64,000 bases of DNA, taken from the NCBI GenBank assembly GCA_963783575.1, contig CAWAOD010000009.1:32001-96000 (forward strand), read 5' to 3'. Position numbers and translations under genes: made by a program. This document shows, piece after piece, positions 30,937 through 41,350 of this stretch (positions are counted from its first letter, which is position 1; the number at the start of each line of letters is the position of its first letter). The stretch is from an uncultured Spirochaetota bacterium (GTDB lineage: Bacteria > Spirochaetota > Brevinematia > Brevinematales > JAOACQ01). The notes beneath the pieces are model-generated. The model had not been told where the DNA came from and searched no databases. It was given only the letters and a program-made list of their open reading frames with translations.

Positions 30937-32220
30937 ATGTCACCAAGAAGGAAAGAAATTAATGAGCAGATCCGTAGCGACCGGCGTAATCAAATACTTC
31001 AGGCCGCACTGAAAGTCTTCGGTAGGAGAGGACTGGCGGCGGCAAAAATCAGTGATATAGCAACCGAAGCTGGATTCAGCCACGGATTGGTTTATAATTA
31101 TTTCGAATCAAAGGATGAAATTTTCACAGAACTGGTTAAAGAGGCCCTGGATTACTCCTTGGGTATAATAGCCGCTGCTGTTAAGATGCAGGGTACTGCA
31201 TGGGAACGTATTCAAAGTATAACCGAGACAATAGTAAATGGGGCTTACCAGGGCATAGCGCCTTATTATATTTTGATCATGATCCAGGCATTCACATCGG
31301 ACGCTGTTCCTCCAGAGGTTAAGGAACTTTCCACCAGACAATCCCTTGCCTATAATGAAATGATGCTCCCCCTGATCAGGGAAAGCCAGCAATCAGGGGA
31401 GATAGCTCCCGGTGATCCTAAGCAGTTATCAATAGCCTACTTTGCACTGATACAGGGCCTTGCGATTTTGAAGATCCAGGGGGGGAAATCTATTCCTGAC
31501 CCATCTCCTGAGGTTTTACTGCGACTATTGCGTAATGGTCCGGTAATGATCGATGAAAACGATACATTCCAATCTGCTGGTTTTAAACCGGTCTTTTCAG
31601 ACGAAACTCTAGTCTATCAAACTTCAGATGGTAAATCAATTATTATGGTAATAATAAGAAAAATCAGTGAAAATGGTGAAAAACTCTTGAGAGTTGAAGA
31701 GATTAATAAAAAGACAGGTGAAAAAACACTGATTTCAGCCAGGGCTGATGATCTACGGCCAAGATCAGTACAGATTTACAGCGGTAACAGTGAGAATGTT
31801 CTTCACATTAGATATTCTTCCAATACTGCCGTTTTTGAACTTCCAGATCATAAATCCCAAAAGACAATTAAACTGAAAAACAGCTTTTATGATATGCATA
31901 CGATCACCTACCTTTTCAGGGGTTATCCCTTCGGCAGCGGAACCAGAGTCAATTTTAGTATCGTTACCGATGGATCAAAAAATGGCCCATCGGGTAGTTT
32001 CGAAATGTATGTCCAGGAGACCGGTATGGAAAAAGTCGAAGTACCGGCCGGGATTTTTGAATGCTGGAAACTGGAAATGGGCATAGGCGGCATCGCGGGA
32101 ACTTTTGCCGCCGGTTATAGGTTTTATTTCTGGTATACAACGGATACTTCTCACAGGATGGTCAAGTATGAAGATAATAACGGCATTATAACAATGCTGA
32201 AAAATGTAGATTCTAAATAA
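30937..32220 (+). CDS. TetR-family regulator with an extra C-terminal beta-rich (DUF3108-like) domain
   Basis: HTH AKISDIATEAGFSHGLVYNYFESKDEIF; C-terminal EKVEVPAGIFECWKL. Confidence 0.85.
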   Translation: MSPRRKEINEQIRSDRRNQILQAALKVFGRRGLAAAKISDIATEAGFSHGLVYNYFESKDEIFTELVKEALDYSLGIIAAAVKMQGTAWERIQSITETIVNGAYQGIAPYYILIMIQAFTSDAVPPEVKELSTRQSLAYNEMMLPLIRESQQSGEIAPGDPKQLSIAYFALIQGLAILKIQGGKSIPDPSPEVLLRLLRNGPVMIDENDTFQSAGFKPVFSDETLVYQTSDGKSIIMVIIRKISENGEKLLRVEEINKKTGEKTLISARADDLRPRSVQIYSGNSENVLHIRYSSNTAVFELPDHKSQKTIKLKNSFYDMHTITYLFRGYPFGSGTRVNFSIVTDGSKNGPSGSFEMYVQETGMEKVEVPAGIFECWKLEMGIGGIAGTFAAGYRFYFWYTTDTSHRMVKYEDNNGIITMLKNVDSK

Positions 32221-32231
32221 GGAGATGTTTC

Positions 32232-33761
32232 ATGGAAAACGATTTTGATGTGGTTATAATCGGGGCCGGGATATCAGGCCTTTTTGCCGGCAACTTCCTT
32301 GCGAAAAAAGGGGTTAAAACGTTAATATGCGAGCAACATATAACCCCAGGGGGCTATGTTTCCGGTTTTAAAAGGAATGGCTTTTATTTCGATGCGGGAA
32401 CACAGAGTGTCTGCTCCTGTGGTATGCTTTTTCCGCTTTTGCGGGAGCTTAACCTCTTTGACAAGATTAAATTCAACCGGAGTTTCTTTAGGTTTGTTAC
32501 TCCCGGTTCTGATGCAATCTTAAAATCATTTGATGACCTGCAAGCGGTCTTTGGAAAAGAGTTCCCAGGTTCTTCTCTTGAGTGGAAAGCTTTTGTGGAT
32601 CAATTAAAAGAGGTAGCGGAGTCTGTAAAGCTTTTCATGGGTGAGCCGTCGTTTATGTTTATGAGCGGCAGGGAAAAAACCAGTTACATCCTATCATTGA
32701 TGAAGGATAAGATCAATCGTGAGAGGTTGAAATCGTTGGGGAAATACACCAAAATCAGATATCCTGAATTCGTTTCAAAACACTTGAAAGATCCAAGTAT
32801 GGTATCCATGTTTTCCAATAATTGTTATAAAAATGCATCGCTGAGCAGTTATGCATTCATGTGGGACTGTTACTTTAACTACTGTTGGTATCCAGAGACA
32901 GGCATGCAGGAATTTTCAAACCTTCTGGCGGAAAATTTTATTAAAAATGGCGGTTCAATCCAATATCAGACTTTAATTGAGAAGATCATTGTTGAGAAAG
33001 GCAAGGCATGCGGCATAACTACTTCGAAAGGTAAAACTTACAACTCTGATTATGTGATCTCTGCGGGTGATTACCATAAACTGTTCCAGGAAATTCTCGG
33101 GGGCCATTATACCAAAGGCGGTCTTCGAAAGGAATTTGTTGAATCCAAATCAAATCAAAGTCTTTTTACTATGTTTCTGGGATTAAAAACAAGCGCTGAG
33201 AAGATCAATAAAATACTTAAGGCTGACCATGTTTACTTAACCCCGGATTACAAAATAGACCTATCACCGGATGATCTATCATCAGATGATCCGGATTATT
33301 TCAATAAAACTGGATTGGAAATATCTTCGCCGACATGGCATAACCCGGGATTGAATAAAGATGGAAAGGCGTCACTGGTTTTACAAACATTCGCCCCTTA
33401 CAGCTGGATGAATAAATGGGGAACAGGCGATAACCCGGCCGGGAAGGACGAATACAGAAGGCTTAAAAATGTTGCGGGAGAAGGCATGCTTTCTGTTGTT
33501 GAGAAGTTCATCCCTGGCATCAGAGATGAAATACAGGTGATGGAAACTGCCTCTCCCATTACGATGGAACGTTATACGATGAACAGCTGGGGTTCAAGCA
33601 TCGGCTGGACCTGGGATCCAAAATTGATGCCGAAAATTAAAAATCCTTCAATACATACCCCTGTAAAGAATCTCTTTACTATAGGCCACTGGACTATGAT
33701 TCCGACAGGGGTCTCGGGAGCAGCGGCAAGCGGGAAACTTGTTTCCAATCTTATAAAATAA
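32232..33761 (+). CDS. Phytoene desaturase-family NAD(P)/FAD oxidoreductase
   Basis: IIGAGISGL, FKRNGFYFDAG, ASPITMERYT, TPVKNLFTIG. Confidence 0.9.
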   Translation: MENDFDVVIIGAGISGLFAGNFLAKKGVKTLICEQHITPGGYVSGFKRNGFYFDAGTQSVCSCGMLFPLLRELNLFDKIKFNRSFFRFVTPGSDAILKSFDDLQAVFGKEFPGSSLEWKAFVDQLKEVAESVKLFMGEPSFMFMSGREKTSYILSLMKDKINRERLKSLGKYTKIRYPEFVSKHLKDPSMVSMFSNNCYKNASLSSYAFMWDCYFNYCWYPETGMQEFSNLLAENFIKNGGSIQYQTLIEKIIVEKGKACGITTSKGKTYNSDYVISAGDYHKLFQEILGGHYTKGGLRKEFVESKSNQSLFTMFLGLKTSAEKINKILKADHVYLTPDYKIDLSPDDLSSDDPDYFNKTGLEISSPTWHNPGLNKDGKASLVLQTFAPYSWMNKWGTGDNPAGKDEYRRLKNVAGEGMLSVVEKFIPGIRDEIQVMETASPITMERYTMNSWGSSIGWTWDPKLMPKIKNPSIHTPVKNLFTIGHWTMIPTGVSGAAASGKLVSNLIK

Positions 33762-33784
33762 ATTTTTTGAGGAAGGTATATTAT

Positions 33785-34444
33785 ATGAGAAGTATATTAA
33801 AATGTGCAGCAGGTTTTGTGGTTTTAATGAGTATGATCCAATTTCATTCACTATCCTATTCAAATGATCTTTTATTTAAAGTAACTACAGGGTCGAAAAT
33901 TGAATATTCAGTCACTTGGAATATAATGACAAATGACCAGTTAATAATCTATTCGACTAACACTCTCAAAGTGATTAATATAGTCACCTGCGGACAGGAT
34001 TATAAAACCGTGAGCTGGAATTATAAGGAAAACAATGCGGATGTCACAGGTACGCGTGATGGTAATTTAATCATCATCTCGGGACAGTATAAGAATAATT
34101 TAGTCTGCATGACTAATAAAATTGATGACAGCCCATGGTATGAATCTATAGAAAGTTCCCTATCAATTTTTGCCTTGGGAAAGTTAGCATCAATAGAATT
34201 CTGGCTTGTTAGATCGGGAAAATTTCAGGCTTATAAGATGGTTGCTTACAGGAAGAATATTGAAGCCATAAAAGTCAATGGAAATTCTGTGGAAGCACAG
34301 AAAGTGACGGTCACCTTGCCCGGCATATTATCGATATTTTGGAAGGTTGATTACTGGTTCCGTGTTTCAGACGGTCAATATGTCAGATTTGAAGGCAAAA
34401 GGGAGGGCGGGGATACAGTGGTTGAATTGAATGATTTAAAGTAA
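33785..34444 (+). CDS. Secreted hypothetical protein (DUF3108-like)
   Basis: Signal peptide; C-terminal EAIKVNG..EAQKV...YWFRVSDGQYVRFE resembles the TetR C-terminal domain. Confidence 0.6.
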   Translation: MRSILKCAAGFVVLMSMIQFHSLSYSNDLLFKVTTGSKIEYSVTWNIMTNDQLIIYSTNTLKVINIVTCGQDYKTVSWNYKENNADVTGTRDGNLIIISGQYKNNLVCMTNKIDDSPWYESIESSLSIFALGKLASIEFWLVRSGKFQAYKMVAYRKNIEAIKVNGNSVEAQKVTVTLPGILSIFWKVDYWFRVSDGQYVRFEGKREGGDTVVELNDLK

Positions 34445-34526
34445 ACAGCTATAAGGGTAATTTTCAACACATTCGGCTTACTTGCGGGAAAGGTTTCACC
34501 GTAAGTTCGGTTGTGAAGGAGGAACT

Positions 34527-35585
34527 ATGATAAAAATCTGGATCATCGTTTCATGTATGATCATACTGCAGACATCAATTGCAGTCTGCCAGTGTATTTC
34601 CGGGGACTGCAGTAACGGTCAGGGTACGCAAATAAGCACGGATGGGTTCACTGAAAATCAACATAAATCTTAAAATGTTTAATAAACAGTATTTTATTGG
34701 TGTCATATCCTATTTTATAACAATGAGTTATTAATACAATTATAAAAGGTTGATTATAGTTTTCAAATTTTAACTTATTTTTCAGTGAACCCACAGACGG
34801 GAAATATACAGGGAATTTTTTTAACGGTTTAAGGGATGGTGACGGTATTTACCAGTATACCAACGGCAATAAATATACCGGGCAATGGCAAAAGGGCTAT
34901 AAGCTGGGGCTTGGGATTTATAAATGGGGATATAACGGAGCCAGAATGTTAGGAGAGTGGTCTTCCGGCCAGTTGAACGGCTGGGGAGTTTACATAACAT
35001 CGAACGAAAGCGTGACATATTCCGGAGCATGGTCCAATGGAATTAATTCAGGCAGTTTCGGAACCTATCCCGGTACAGGGAAAATCCTTGGTAACTGTAT
35101 CAACGGATTCGGCGTTTTCATTTTTGACAATGGAAACAGCTATACGGGTGATTGGCGTGAAGGAAAGCTGGAAGGAAAAGGATTATTTGTATTTAAAGAT
35201 ACGGGTGATGTTTATGTTGGGGAATTCCATAACGGTTTGAGAAACGGCCGCGGAACATATTTCAGAGGAAACAGCAGTATTTTATTTTCCGGTGAATGGA
35301 CAAATGACAGGAAGGCCGCAGTAAGAGCCCGAAGATAATAATACAGTGAAATCATCCGGCATGGATTACAGGATGGCATAGGCCAGGGCCCGGAGTTACA
35401 ACTATAACGGCGATGGAATTATTTCCAATAGAGAGCTTGACAGGACTCCGGAGGCTAAGAGAATTCTGGACAGAAATTTTGACGGCCATATATCAGTTTA
35501 CGAACTTGCCGACGGTTTTCAAAAAGGAACTGTAAAAGTACGTAATAATAAGTTAATGGCCGCATATGAGGATAGTTATAAGTAA
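34527..35585 (+). pseudogene. Secreted MORN-repeat protein with EF-hand-like tail, interrupted by a MITE
   Basis: CISGDCSNGQG, YTGDWREGKLEGKG MORN motifs; frame restored on removing 34644-34792 plus one flank; tail NYNGDGIISNREL / DRNFDGHISVYEL lies after a frameshift and a TAG. Confidence 0.75.
34644..34792. mobile_element. 149-bp MITE with 14-bp terminal inverted repeats
   Basis: GGGTTCACTGAAAA ... TTTTCAGTGAACCC; flanks ACGGAT/ACAGAC; AT-rich non-coding interior. Confidence 0.85.
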
Positions 35586-35615
35586 CGGGATCATATATTA
35601 TTCTGGAGGCAGATT

Positions 35616-36488
35616 ATGTCAGAAGGACCGAATTACAAAGCCGAACTGATCGGGGTTTTCGGCCATCCTGTTTCTGAAAATCCGACTGTAGTTATGCACG
35701 AAGCCGGATTTAAAGCCCTGAACCTGAACTGGAGGTATTTGACAATTGAGGTATATCCTGAGGACCTGGAAAACGCGATGAAGGGCTTGCGCGCCTTTAA
35801 TATGAAAGGGATTAATTTAACTATTCCCCATAAGGTTGAAGTCTTAAAATATCTCGATGAAGTTAAACCGGATGCCGCATTAATGGGCGCGGTTAATACC
35901 GTTATCCGCACAGGAGATAAATTGATCGGTGAGAATACCGACGGTAAAGGCTTTATGCGGTCATTAACCATAGACGCAAATGTTGACCCAAAAGGGAAAA
36001 AAGTGGTTGTACTTGGCGCCGGCGGAGCAGCCAGGTCTATTACCGTTGAGCTTGCGCTTGCAGGAGTGGAAAGCATAACTATAGTTAACCGTACCATTGA
36101 AAGAGGCCGGGTCCTGTCGGAATTGCTTTCGTCAAAAACCCCGGTAAAATCGGAATTTGTGGAATGGAAAAGCGGCTTTTCTGTTCCAGTAAGCACGGAT
36201 ATCCTTGTTAACGCGACTTCCATAGGGCTTTTCCCGAATATCAACGATAAACCGGATATCAATTACGGCTCCATTAAATCCGGCATGGTAGTCTGCGACG
36301 TTATTCATACTCCGATAACTCCATTTTTAAATGAGGCCAGGATTAGAGGGGCAAAGATTGTTGACGGGCTTGGAATGCTGGTATACCAGGGCGCTATTGG
36401 TTTCAAACTCTGGACCGGCCTGGACGCACCTGTGAAAGAAATGCATCTTGCCTTATCAAAAGCTTTTGGATTAGTTGAAGGAGATTAA
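35616..36488 (+). CDS. aroE: Shikimate dehydrogenase
   Basis: NLTIPHK, GAVNT, NTDGKGF, LGAGGAAR, NATSIG, DGLGMLVYQG. Confidence 0.92.
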   Translation: MSEGPNYKAELIGVFGHPVSENPTVVMHEAGFKALNLNWRYLTIEVYPEDLENAMKGLRAFNMKGINLTIPHKVEVLKYLDEVKPDAALMGAVNTVIRTGDKLIGENTDGKGFMRSLTIDANVDPKGKKVVVLGAGGAARSITVELALAGVESITIVNRTIERGRVLSELLSSKTPVKSEFVEWKSGFSVPVSTDILVNATSIGLFPNINDKPDINYGSIKSGMVVCDVIHTPITPFLNEARIRGAKIVDGLGMLVYQGAIGFKLWTGLDAPVKEMHLALSKAFGLVEGD

Positions 36489-36491
36489 TGT

Positions 36492-36890
36492 ATGAGAAAA
36501 AACGGGATATTAAATGAGAGTATTTTAAGGCTGATCGGTTCGCTCGGGCATACGGACCGTTTTGTGGTATGCGACGCCGGCTTGCCCATCGATAAAAATG
36601 TGGAGCGGATAGACCTTGCCGTAACCAAAGGAGTTGTCAGGTTTATGGAAGTCTTAAAACCGCTCATGGAAGAAATTGTTGTTGAGAAAATCATCCTTGC
36701 GGAAGAAATTGTAAAGAGAAGCCCTGATATGTACCGGCAGATTCGGGAGCTGGCAGGGAGTATCCCTATAGAAATGGTAAGCCATGAGGAGTTTAAAAAA
36801 CTGAGCAAAGAAACAAAAGCGGTTATTCGGACAGGCGAAATTACTCCCTACGCGAATGTGATCCTTCAGTCCGGCGTAAACTTTTCATAA
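36492..36890 (+). CDS. rbsD: D-ribose pyranase
   Basis: LGHTD, DAGLPI, RIDLA, IRTGEITPYANVIL. Confidence 0.95.
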   Translation: MRKNGILNESILRLIGSLGHTDRFVVCDAGLPIDKNVERIDLAVTKGVVRFMEVLKPLMEEIVVEKIILAEEIVKRSPDMYRQIRELAGSIPIEMVSHEEFKKLSKETKAVIRTGEITPYANVILQSGVNFS

Positions 36891-36897
36891 TAGGTGA

Positions 36898-37788
36898 TTG
36901 AGTATGAAAGTTCTGAATTTCGGCTCGCTGAATATTGACCAGGTTTACGGTGTCGATCATATTGTAAGGGAAGGTGAAACCATTGATTCCTATGATTACC
37001 GCCAGTTCTGCGGTGGAAAAGGCCTGAACCAATCCGTCGCCCTGGCCCAGGCCGGCGCGGAAGTTTACCATGCCGGCAAAATCGGAAGAGATGGGATTTT
37101 TCTGATCGAGCGATTGAAGAAAGCATCGGCGGATACCTCGCTTATAGAGATCAGCGATAGCGAACCGACCGGACAGGCTATAATTCAGGTCGATCTTTCA
37201 GGCCAGAATTCAATCATACTTCTGGGCGGCGCTAATCAAAGTATTGCCGAAGAACAGGTGGAAAAAACAATAGGGCATTTTTCATCAGGCGACTGCATAC
37301 TTCTTCAGAACGAAGTGAGTTCCATTCCCGTTATGATGAGAAACGCGAAGAAAAGAGGCATGACAATCTTCTTTAATCCGGCGCCGATGAATAACAGGGT
37401 TTTAAGTTACCCCCTGGATCTGGTAGATTATTTTATTATAAATGAGGTTGAAGGCTCTGAATTAACAAAAGAGAATGAACCGAATAAAATTATTCAGGCA
37501 ATGCGGAGAGAATACCCGAATGCCCTTATAATTTTGACTCTGGGAGAACAGGGGTCGATTTATGACGACCGGCACATTACCACTTGTATCCCGGCAGTTC
37601 CCATAGTTCCAGTTGATACTACAGCGGCCGGAGATACATTTATCGGATATCTTATTACAGGAATTATAAAAGGCGATACTTTTAAGAAAAGTATGGAAAC
37701 CGCCTCGAAAGCGGCATCAATTTGTGTAACCAGAAAAGGAGCGGCTGATTCGATACCGGAAAGAACTGAGGTTTTTAATAGCTTATAA
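36898..37788 (+). CDS. rbsK: Ribokinase
   Basis: GSLNID, GGKGLNQ, VDTTAAGDTFIG. Confidence 0.93.
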   Translation: MSMKVLNFGSLNIDQVYGVDHIVREGETIDSYDYRQFCGGKGLNQSVALAQAGAEVYHAGKIGRDGIFLIERLKKASADTSLIEISDSEPTGQAIIQVDLSGQNSIILLGGANQSIAEEQVEKTIGHFSSGDCILLQNEVSSIPVMMRNAKKRGMTIFFNPAPMNNRVLSYPLDLVDYFIINEVEGSELTKENEPNKIIQAMRREYPNALIILTLGEQGSIYDDRHITTCIPAVPIVPVDTTAAGDTFIGYLITGIIKGDTFKKSMETASKAASICVTRKGAADSIPERTEVFNSL

Positions 37789-37998
37789 TTTGGATTTTAT
37801 TGATTTATTAAACAATATTAATTATATTTTTCATCATACAATAAAATTATGTCTGAATTAATAAATATTTTGCAACTTTTAAGATTATATGTAACTTAGT
37901 ACATTGATTGAAGAAAAGAAAAATTTTATTTCATGAGTTTTCGCAGAATACATTATCCCGGAAGCATTTTAAATTCCGGTTTAAGAAAGAGGTGAAAA

Positions 37999-39378
37999 AT
38001 GAAAAAGTTAATATCATTGATTCTTCCTGTAATTTTAATTCTTGTTATATCGCATAATCCGCTCATTTCCCAGGATAATAATAAAAATAAAACAACTGCA
38101 CCGGCTAAAACTTCAAAACAGGTAAACAGCCAGGTAAAACAAATTAACCCCGCGCATCAACAGATGATAATTAATATGAACCGCCCTTCGAGCGGCGAGC
38201 ATAACCGGAATTATCCATCACAGCAGCATCCAGCTCTGCTGAAAATAAACAATATGCCCGCTTATGGTAAACTTCAATTGACGCCTGAAAACCAGGTCAA
38301 ACAACATATTCGGAATAACCCCCAGCCGCAGGTAAACAATAAACCCGCTATCGGTAAGCCTCAATTGATGCCTGAAAATCAGGCAAAACAGCAGATTCGG
38401 AATAACCCCCAGCCACAGCCTGTAAGCAAACCCTTTCATTCAAAGAACGATCAGAGTGAAGTAAAAACTGACAATAAATTAAACCAGCAGCAGAATGTCA
38501 ATACCGCCAGTGTAAAACACCATCATGCTTTCGAACCGAATTATATAAGAAAGAAATTAAAAAAAATCGGTGTGGTATCTGAACCCGGTTATATTGTTAA
38601 CAGGGAAGAGGTAATTAATACCGACAGGGCACATTCCATAATTGCCTTTCCAAAAGAAGGTTTTGATAAGCGCCCTCTAAACGCTGCTGCGTTTTCTGCC
38701 AGACGTTTCAATGATACCATGATCCGGTCACATATGTCGCTGATTGACGGCATCGATTGGCAGGACAGGATCCACGGTTTCAATCAGACCGAAACCCGAC
38801 CCAACTTTTATTACTGGCATAAAGAAAATAATTTTAACTATTGCCATTTCATCGATAATTCGGGTTATCACTGGTATGGTTGGTATGTGGAAAATAATTA
38901 TTTCTGGACACGCTATTTTAACAACCGCTGGTGGTGGTATGACGTGGACTATGACCGCTGGTGTTTCTGGAATGACGGCTTCTGGTGGTGGCAGGATCCC
39001 TATCACATGGGAGACCTTTACTGTTACAATGACTCCGATTATATACCATGCAACTCGGCAGACGATAATGTCGCTGTTACAGTACCTGATAATAACAATA
39101 TTCGAACATTCGCAAGTCCTGATAATTCTCGTATAGTTAAAGTGGTAGCCGATACAGAGGACGCTTTTCTCTACGATACTTCAAATCCGCCGGCATTTAA
39201 GCCTTTTTACCTGGCATCCGGAGTTCAGGATGTAATGTTTTCAGATCCAAGGAATGGAAAGCCACTTGAGATTATCTTAAAACTCAGTGACCTTTCTTTT
39301 GATATATTTGACAGCAATGGCAACCCCTATAGTCCTGTACCTGCCGAAGACAGCCAGTCCAATGAAACTATTCAGTAG
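37999..39378 (+). CDS. Secreted hypothetical protein with Q/N/P-rich repeat and W/Y-rich domain
   Basis: Signal peptide; two 29-aa repeats; YHWYGWY...RWWWYD...GFWWWQD. Confidence 0.75.
   Translation: MKKLISLILPVILILVISHNPLISQDNNKNKTTAPAKTSKQVNSQVKQINPAHQQMIINMNRPSSGEHNRNYPSQQHPALLKINNMPAYGKLQLTPENQVKQHIRNNPQPQVNNKPAIGKPQLMPENQAKQQIRNNPQPQPVSKPFHSKNDQSEVKTDNKLNQQQNVNTASVKHHHAFEPNYIRKKLKKIGVVSEPGYIVNREEVINTDRAHSIIAFPKEGFDKRPLNAAAFSARRFNDTMIRSHMSLIDGIDWQDRIHGFNQTETRPNFYYWHKENNFNYCHFIDNSGYHWYGWYVENNYFWTRYFNNRWWWYDVDYDRWCFWNDGFWWWQDPYHMGDLYCYNDSDYIPCNSADDNVAVTVPDNNNIRTFASPDNSRIVKVVADTEDAFLYDTSNPPAFKPFYLASGVQDVMFSDPRNGKPLEIILKLSDLSFDIFDSNGNPYSPVPAEDSQSNETIQ
38245..38418 (+). repeat. Two tandem 87-bp coding repeats
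   Basis: INNMPAYGKLQLTPENQVKQHIRNNPQPQ / VNNKPAIGKPQLMPENQAKQQIRNNPQPQ. Confidence 0.85.
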
Positions 39379-39423
39379 AATAACCGTATCAATTGAAATC
39401 AATACAGCAGAAATCGCTATAAT

Positions 39424-39465
39424 ATAAATAACACCGGAAAATTTCCAGGTGTTATTTATTATTTT
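39424..39465 (+). terminator. Probable intrinsic terminator
   Basis: ataaataacacc...ggtgttatttat stem followed by a T-rich tract. Confidence 0.6.
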
Positions 39466-39587
39466 ATCTATGAATATTTGATTTTTAAATCTATGCCCAT
39501 ATTGTCTTTGCTTTTTTTATTGACATTACTTATAATTTTTAGTTAATTTTTCCGGGTTTCCAATAAATGAATTTAAAAACCTAATAA

Positions 39588-40040
39588 ATGGAGTTTAATA
39601 TGGATGAAAAAAAAACACCAACCCTTCCAATATCGGATTTAGAAAAGATTAATTTCTTTTGCAGCGTCAGCTTAAAGGACAGGCCCCCGATAAGCCCTGT
39701 CCCATCGGAAACCAGGGAGCTAGCAAAAAGATCAATCCGGGATTTTCATAAAAATATTGAAAAAGCCAGGATTAAAGCTAAAGAAACTCAAGAACCGGTT
39801 GAGATTGACGGTTCCAGATTATCGGGGGTCAAATCGGGCGATTTTTGGGTCGTTGATAAGGAAGGAAATTTAACAAGAAAATTTGAAAAGAATGAAGGGC
39901 TTCTCGAAGGAATCCTGCAAAGAAGGACGGAAAGGGTTGCCGATTCTGATAAAGATATCGAGTCGAAACTCTCATACACATTCTTTCATACGCCCAATGG
40001 GCGCCGAATGCGACAAACGAACAGCCTAACAGAATTATGA
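39588..40040 (+). CDS. Hypothetical protein (possibly the N-part of a frameshifted gene with 40037-40999)
   Basis: ORF only; ATGA overlap with the next ORF. Confidence 0.55.
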   Translation: MEFNMDEKKTPTLPISDLEKINFFCSVSLKDRPPISPVPSETRELAKRSIRDFHKNIEKARIKAKETQEPVEIDGSRLSGVKSGDFWVVDKEGNLTRKFEKNEGLLEGILQRRTERVADSDKDIESKLSYTFFHTPNGRRMRQTNSLTEL

Positions 40041-40999
40041 TTTATAAGAAAGATCACCCATCAATGGAAAAGATTGGGACTTTGATGCATAATGCCCTGG
40101 AAAAAAAGATGATCCCAAAAATTAATATCAAGAATTGCATAATAACAAAAAAGACCGAAAACCCCGATTTCCTTCCAGACCTGTCGCTTCAGGATCTTAT
40201 TGATATGGACGAAAAAATGTTTAATGATTATAAGTTTGAAGAAATGCCCGCTCCCTTGAATGAATTACCGCAGACAACCGCAAAATTGCTTGAAAGAGAC
40301 AAAATAATAATCGAAAACGGGAAATATTATGTTAAAAATAACCAGAATAAAAAAGAAAGGGAATACACTTTAAAAGATTTACTTCAAAATGATAAGGTTT
40401 TTACGGCCGGTATGGGGAAGTTTTTCCTGAAATTTAAAAATACTCACCCTTATTTAATTGTTGTGTTCAGGAAATGGCATTACACATCTCTTATGACGGA
40501 AACTCTTTATAAATATGGAATAAAACTTCCCGATGTGGGCGAAGAATTTATCGATGCAGGATTTTACACGGATCATCTGGCGCTTGCGACAAGAGGTTTC
40601 GGCCTCTCGGGAGTCGTAAAAACAGGCCCTATGGATCTGGCTAAAGACGATCTGACTGAGTTATTTATTGAAGATTTGCACAGCCAGCTAGAATCCCTTC
40701 AAGATTTACTCAAGCACAAAGAAGATATGGTTGATGATAGAATCAATTTAATAACAAAAGAAATTAAAAAAACCGAGCTTTTGTATAAGGGCCTCAAATT
40801 CGGTCTTGAAGCGATGCGGTGCGGGGAAGAAAAAACTCCCATGCGCGAACAACTGCTTGTAGCATTAAAAAGAGGCGAGGTTTATGTCCCGGCAACCTTT
40901 TTTCAGCTCGGTTACCCGCTTTCAAAACCGGATGAAAGAATAATGGATCCCCGGCAGGGAAAAGACCCCCTCGATGAAATGCTGGTTTATTTAGGATAA
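40037..40999 (+). CDS. Hypothetical protein
   Basis: 320-aa ORF, no recognised motif. Confidence 0.65.
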   Translation: MIYKKDHPSMEKIGTLMHNALEKKMIPKINIKNCIITKKTENPDFLPDLSLQDLIDMDEKMFNDYKFEEMPAPLNELPQTTAKLLERDKIIIENGKYYVKNNQNKKEREYTLKDLLQNDKVFTAGMGKFFLKFKNTHPYLIVVFRKWHYTSLMTETLYKYGIKLPDVGEEFIDAGFYTDHLALATRGFGLSGVVKTGPMDLAKDDLTELFIEDLHSQLESLQDLLKHKEDMVDDRINLITKEIKKTELLYKGLKFGLEAMRCGEEKTPMREQLLVALKRGEVYVPATFFQLGYPLSKPDERIMDPRQGKDPLDEMLVYLG

Positions 41000-41071
41000 A
41001 ATCCCAAAAAAGGGGGGGGGCAATTGGACAGATGATTTCAGCGTCATAAATAAATTATAGGAGAAAAAATT

Positions 41072-41350
41072 ATGTATCTGGAAAAAGAAGCTGACAGGCT
41101 GTATCAAAATTTTACAGAAAATATTTATAACTCACCCAGCCTGGAGAATAAAGTAAAAGAGATGATCGCGGTGGCCTGTTCTGTAATGGCTGATTGTGTG
41201 CCCTGCATTGAACATCACTGTAAAAAGGCTGTTGAGGCCGACGCGACAAAAGAAGAAATTCATGAGGCTCTGGCTATAGCAATGACAATTGCCGCAGGAA
41301 GCAAGAAGGGAAAGTATTCGTCATTGATAAGTGAAATATTGAAAGATTAG
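41072..41350 (+). CDS. Carboxymuconolactone decarboxylase/AhpD-family protein
   Basis: KEMIAVACS..ADCVPCIEHH..A.EADATKEEI.EA. Confidence 0.88.
   Translation: MYLEKEADRLYQNFTENIYNSPSLENKVKEMIAVACSVMADCVPCIEHHCKKAVEADATKEEIHEALAIAMTIAAGSKKGKYSSLISEILKD

Noticed and set aside
22422..35382. Amber recoding suggested by in-frame TAGs in the Asp-box/CBM and MORN genes
   Set aside because: TAG ends several intact genes here (7930, 39378, 41350, 46207), and both cases are in decaying genes.
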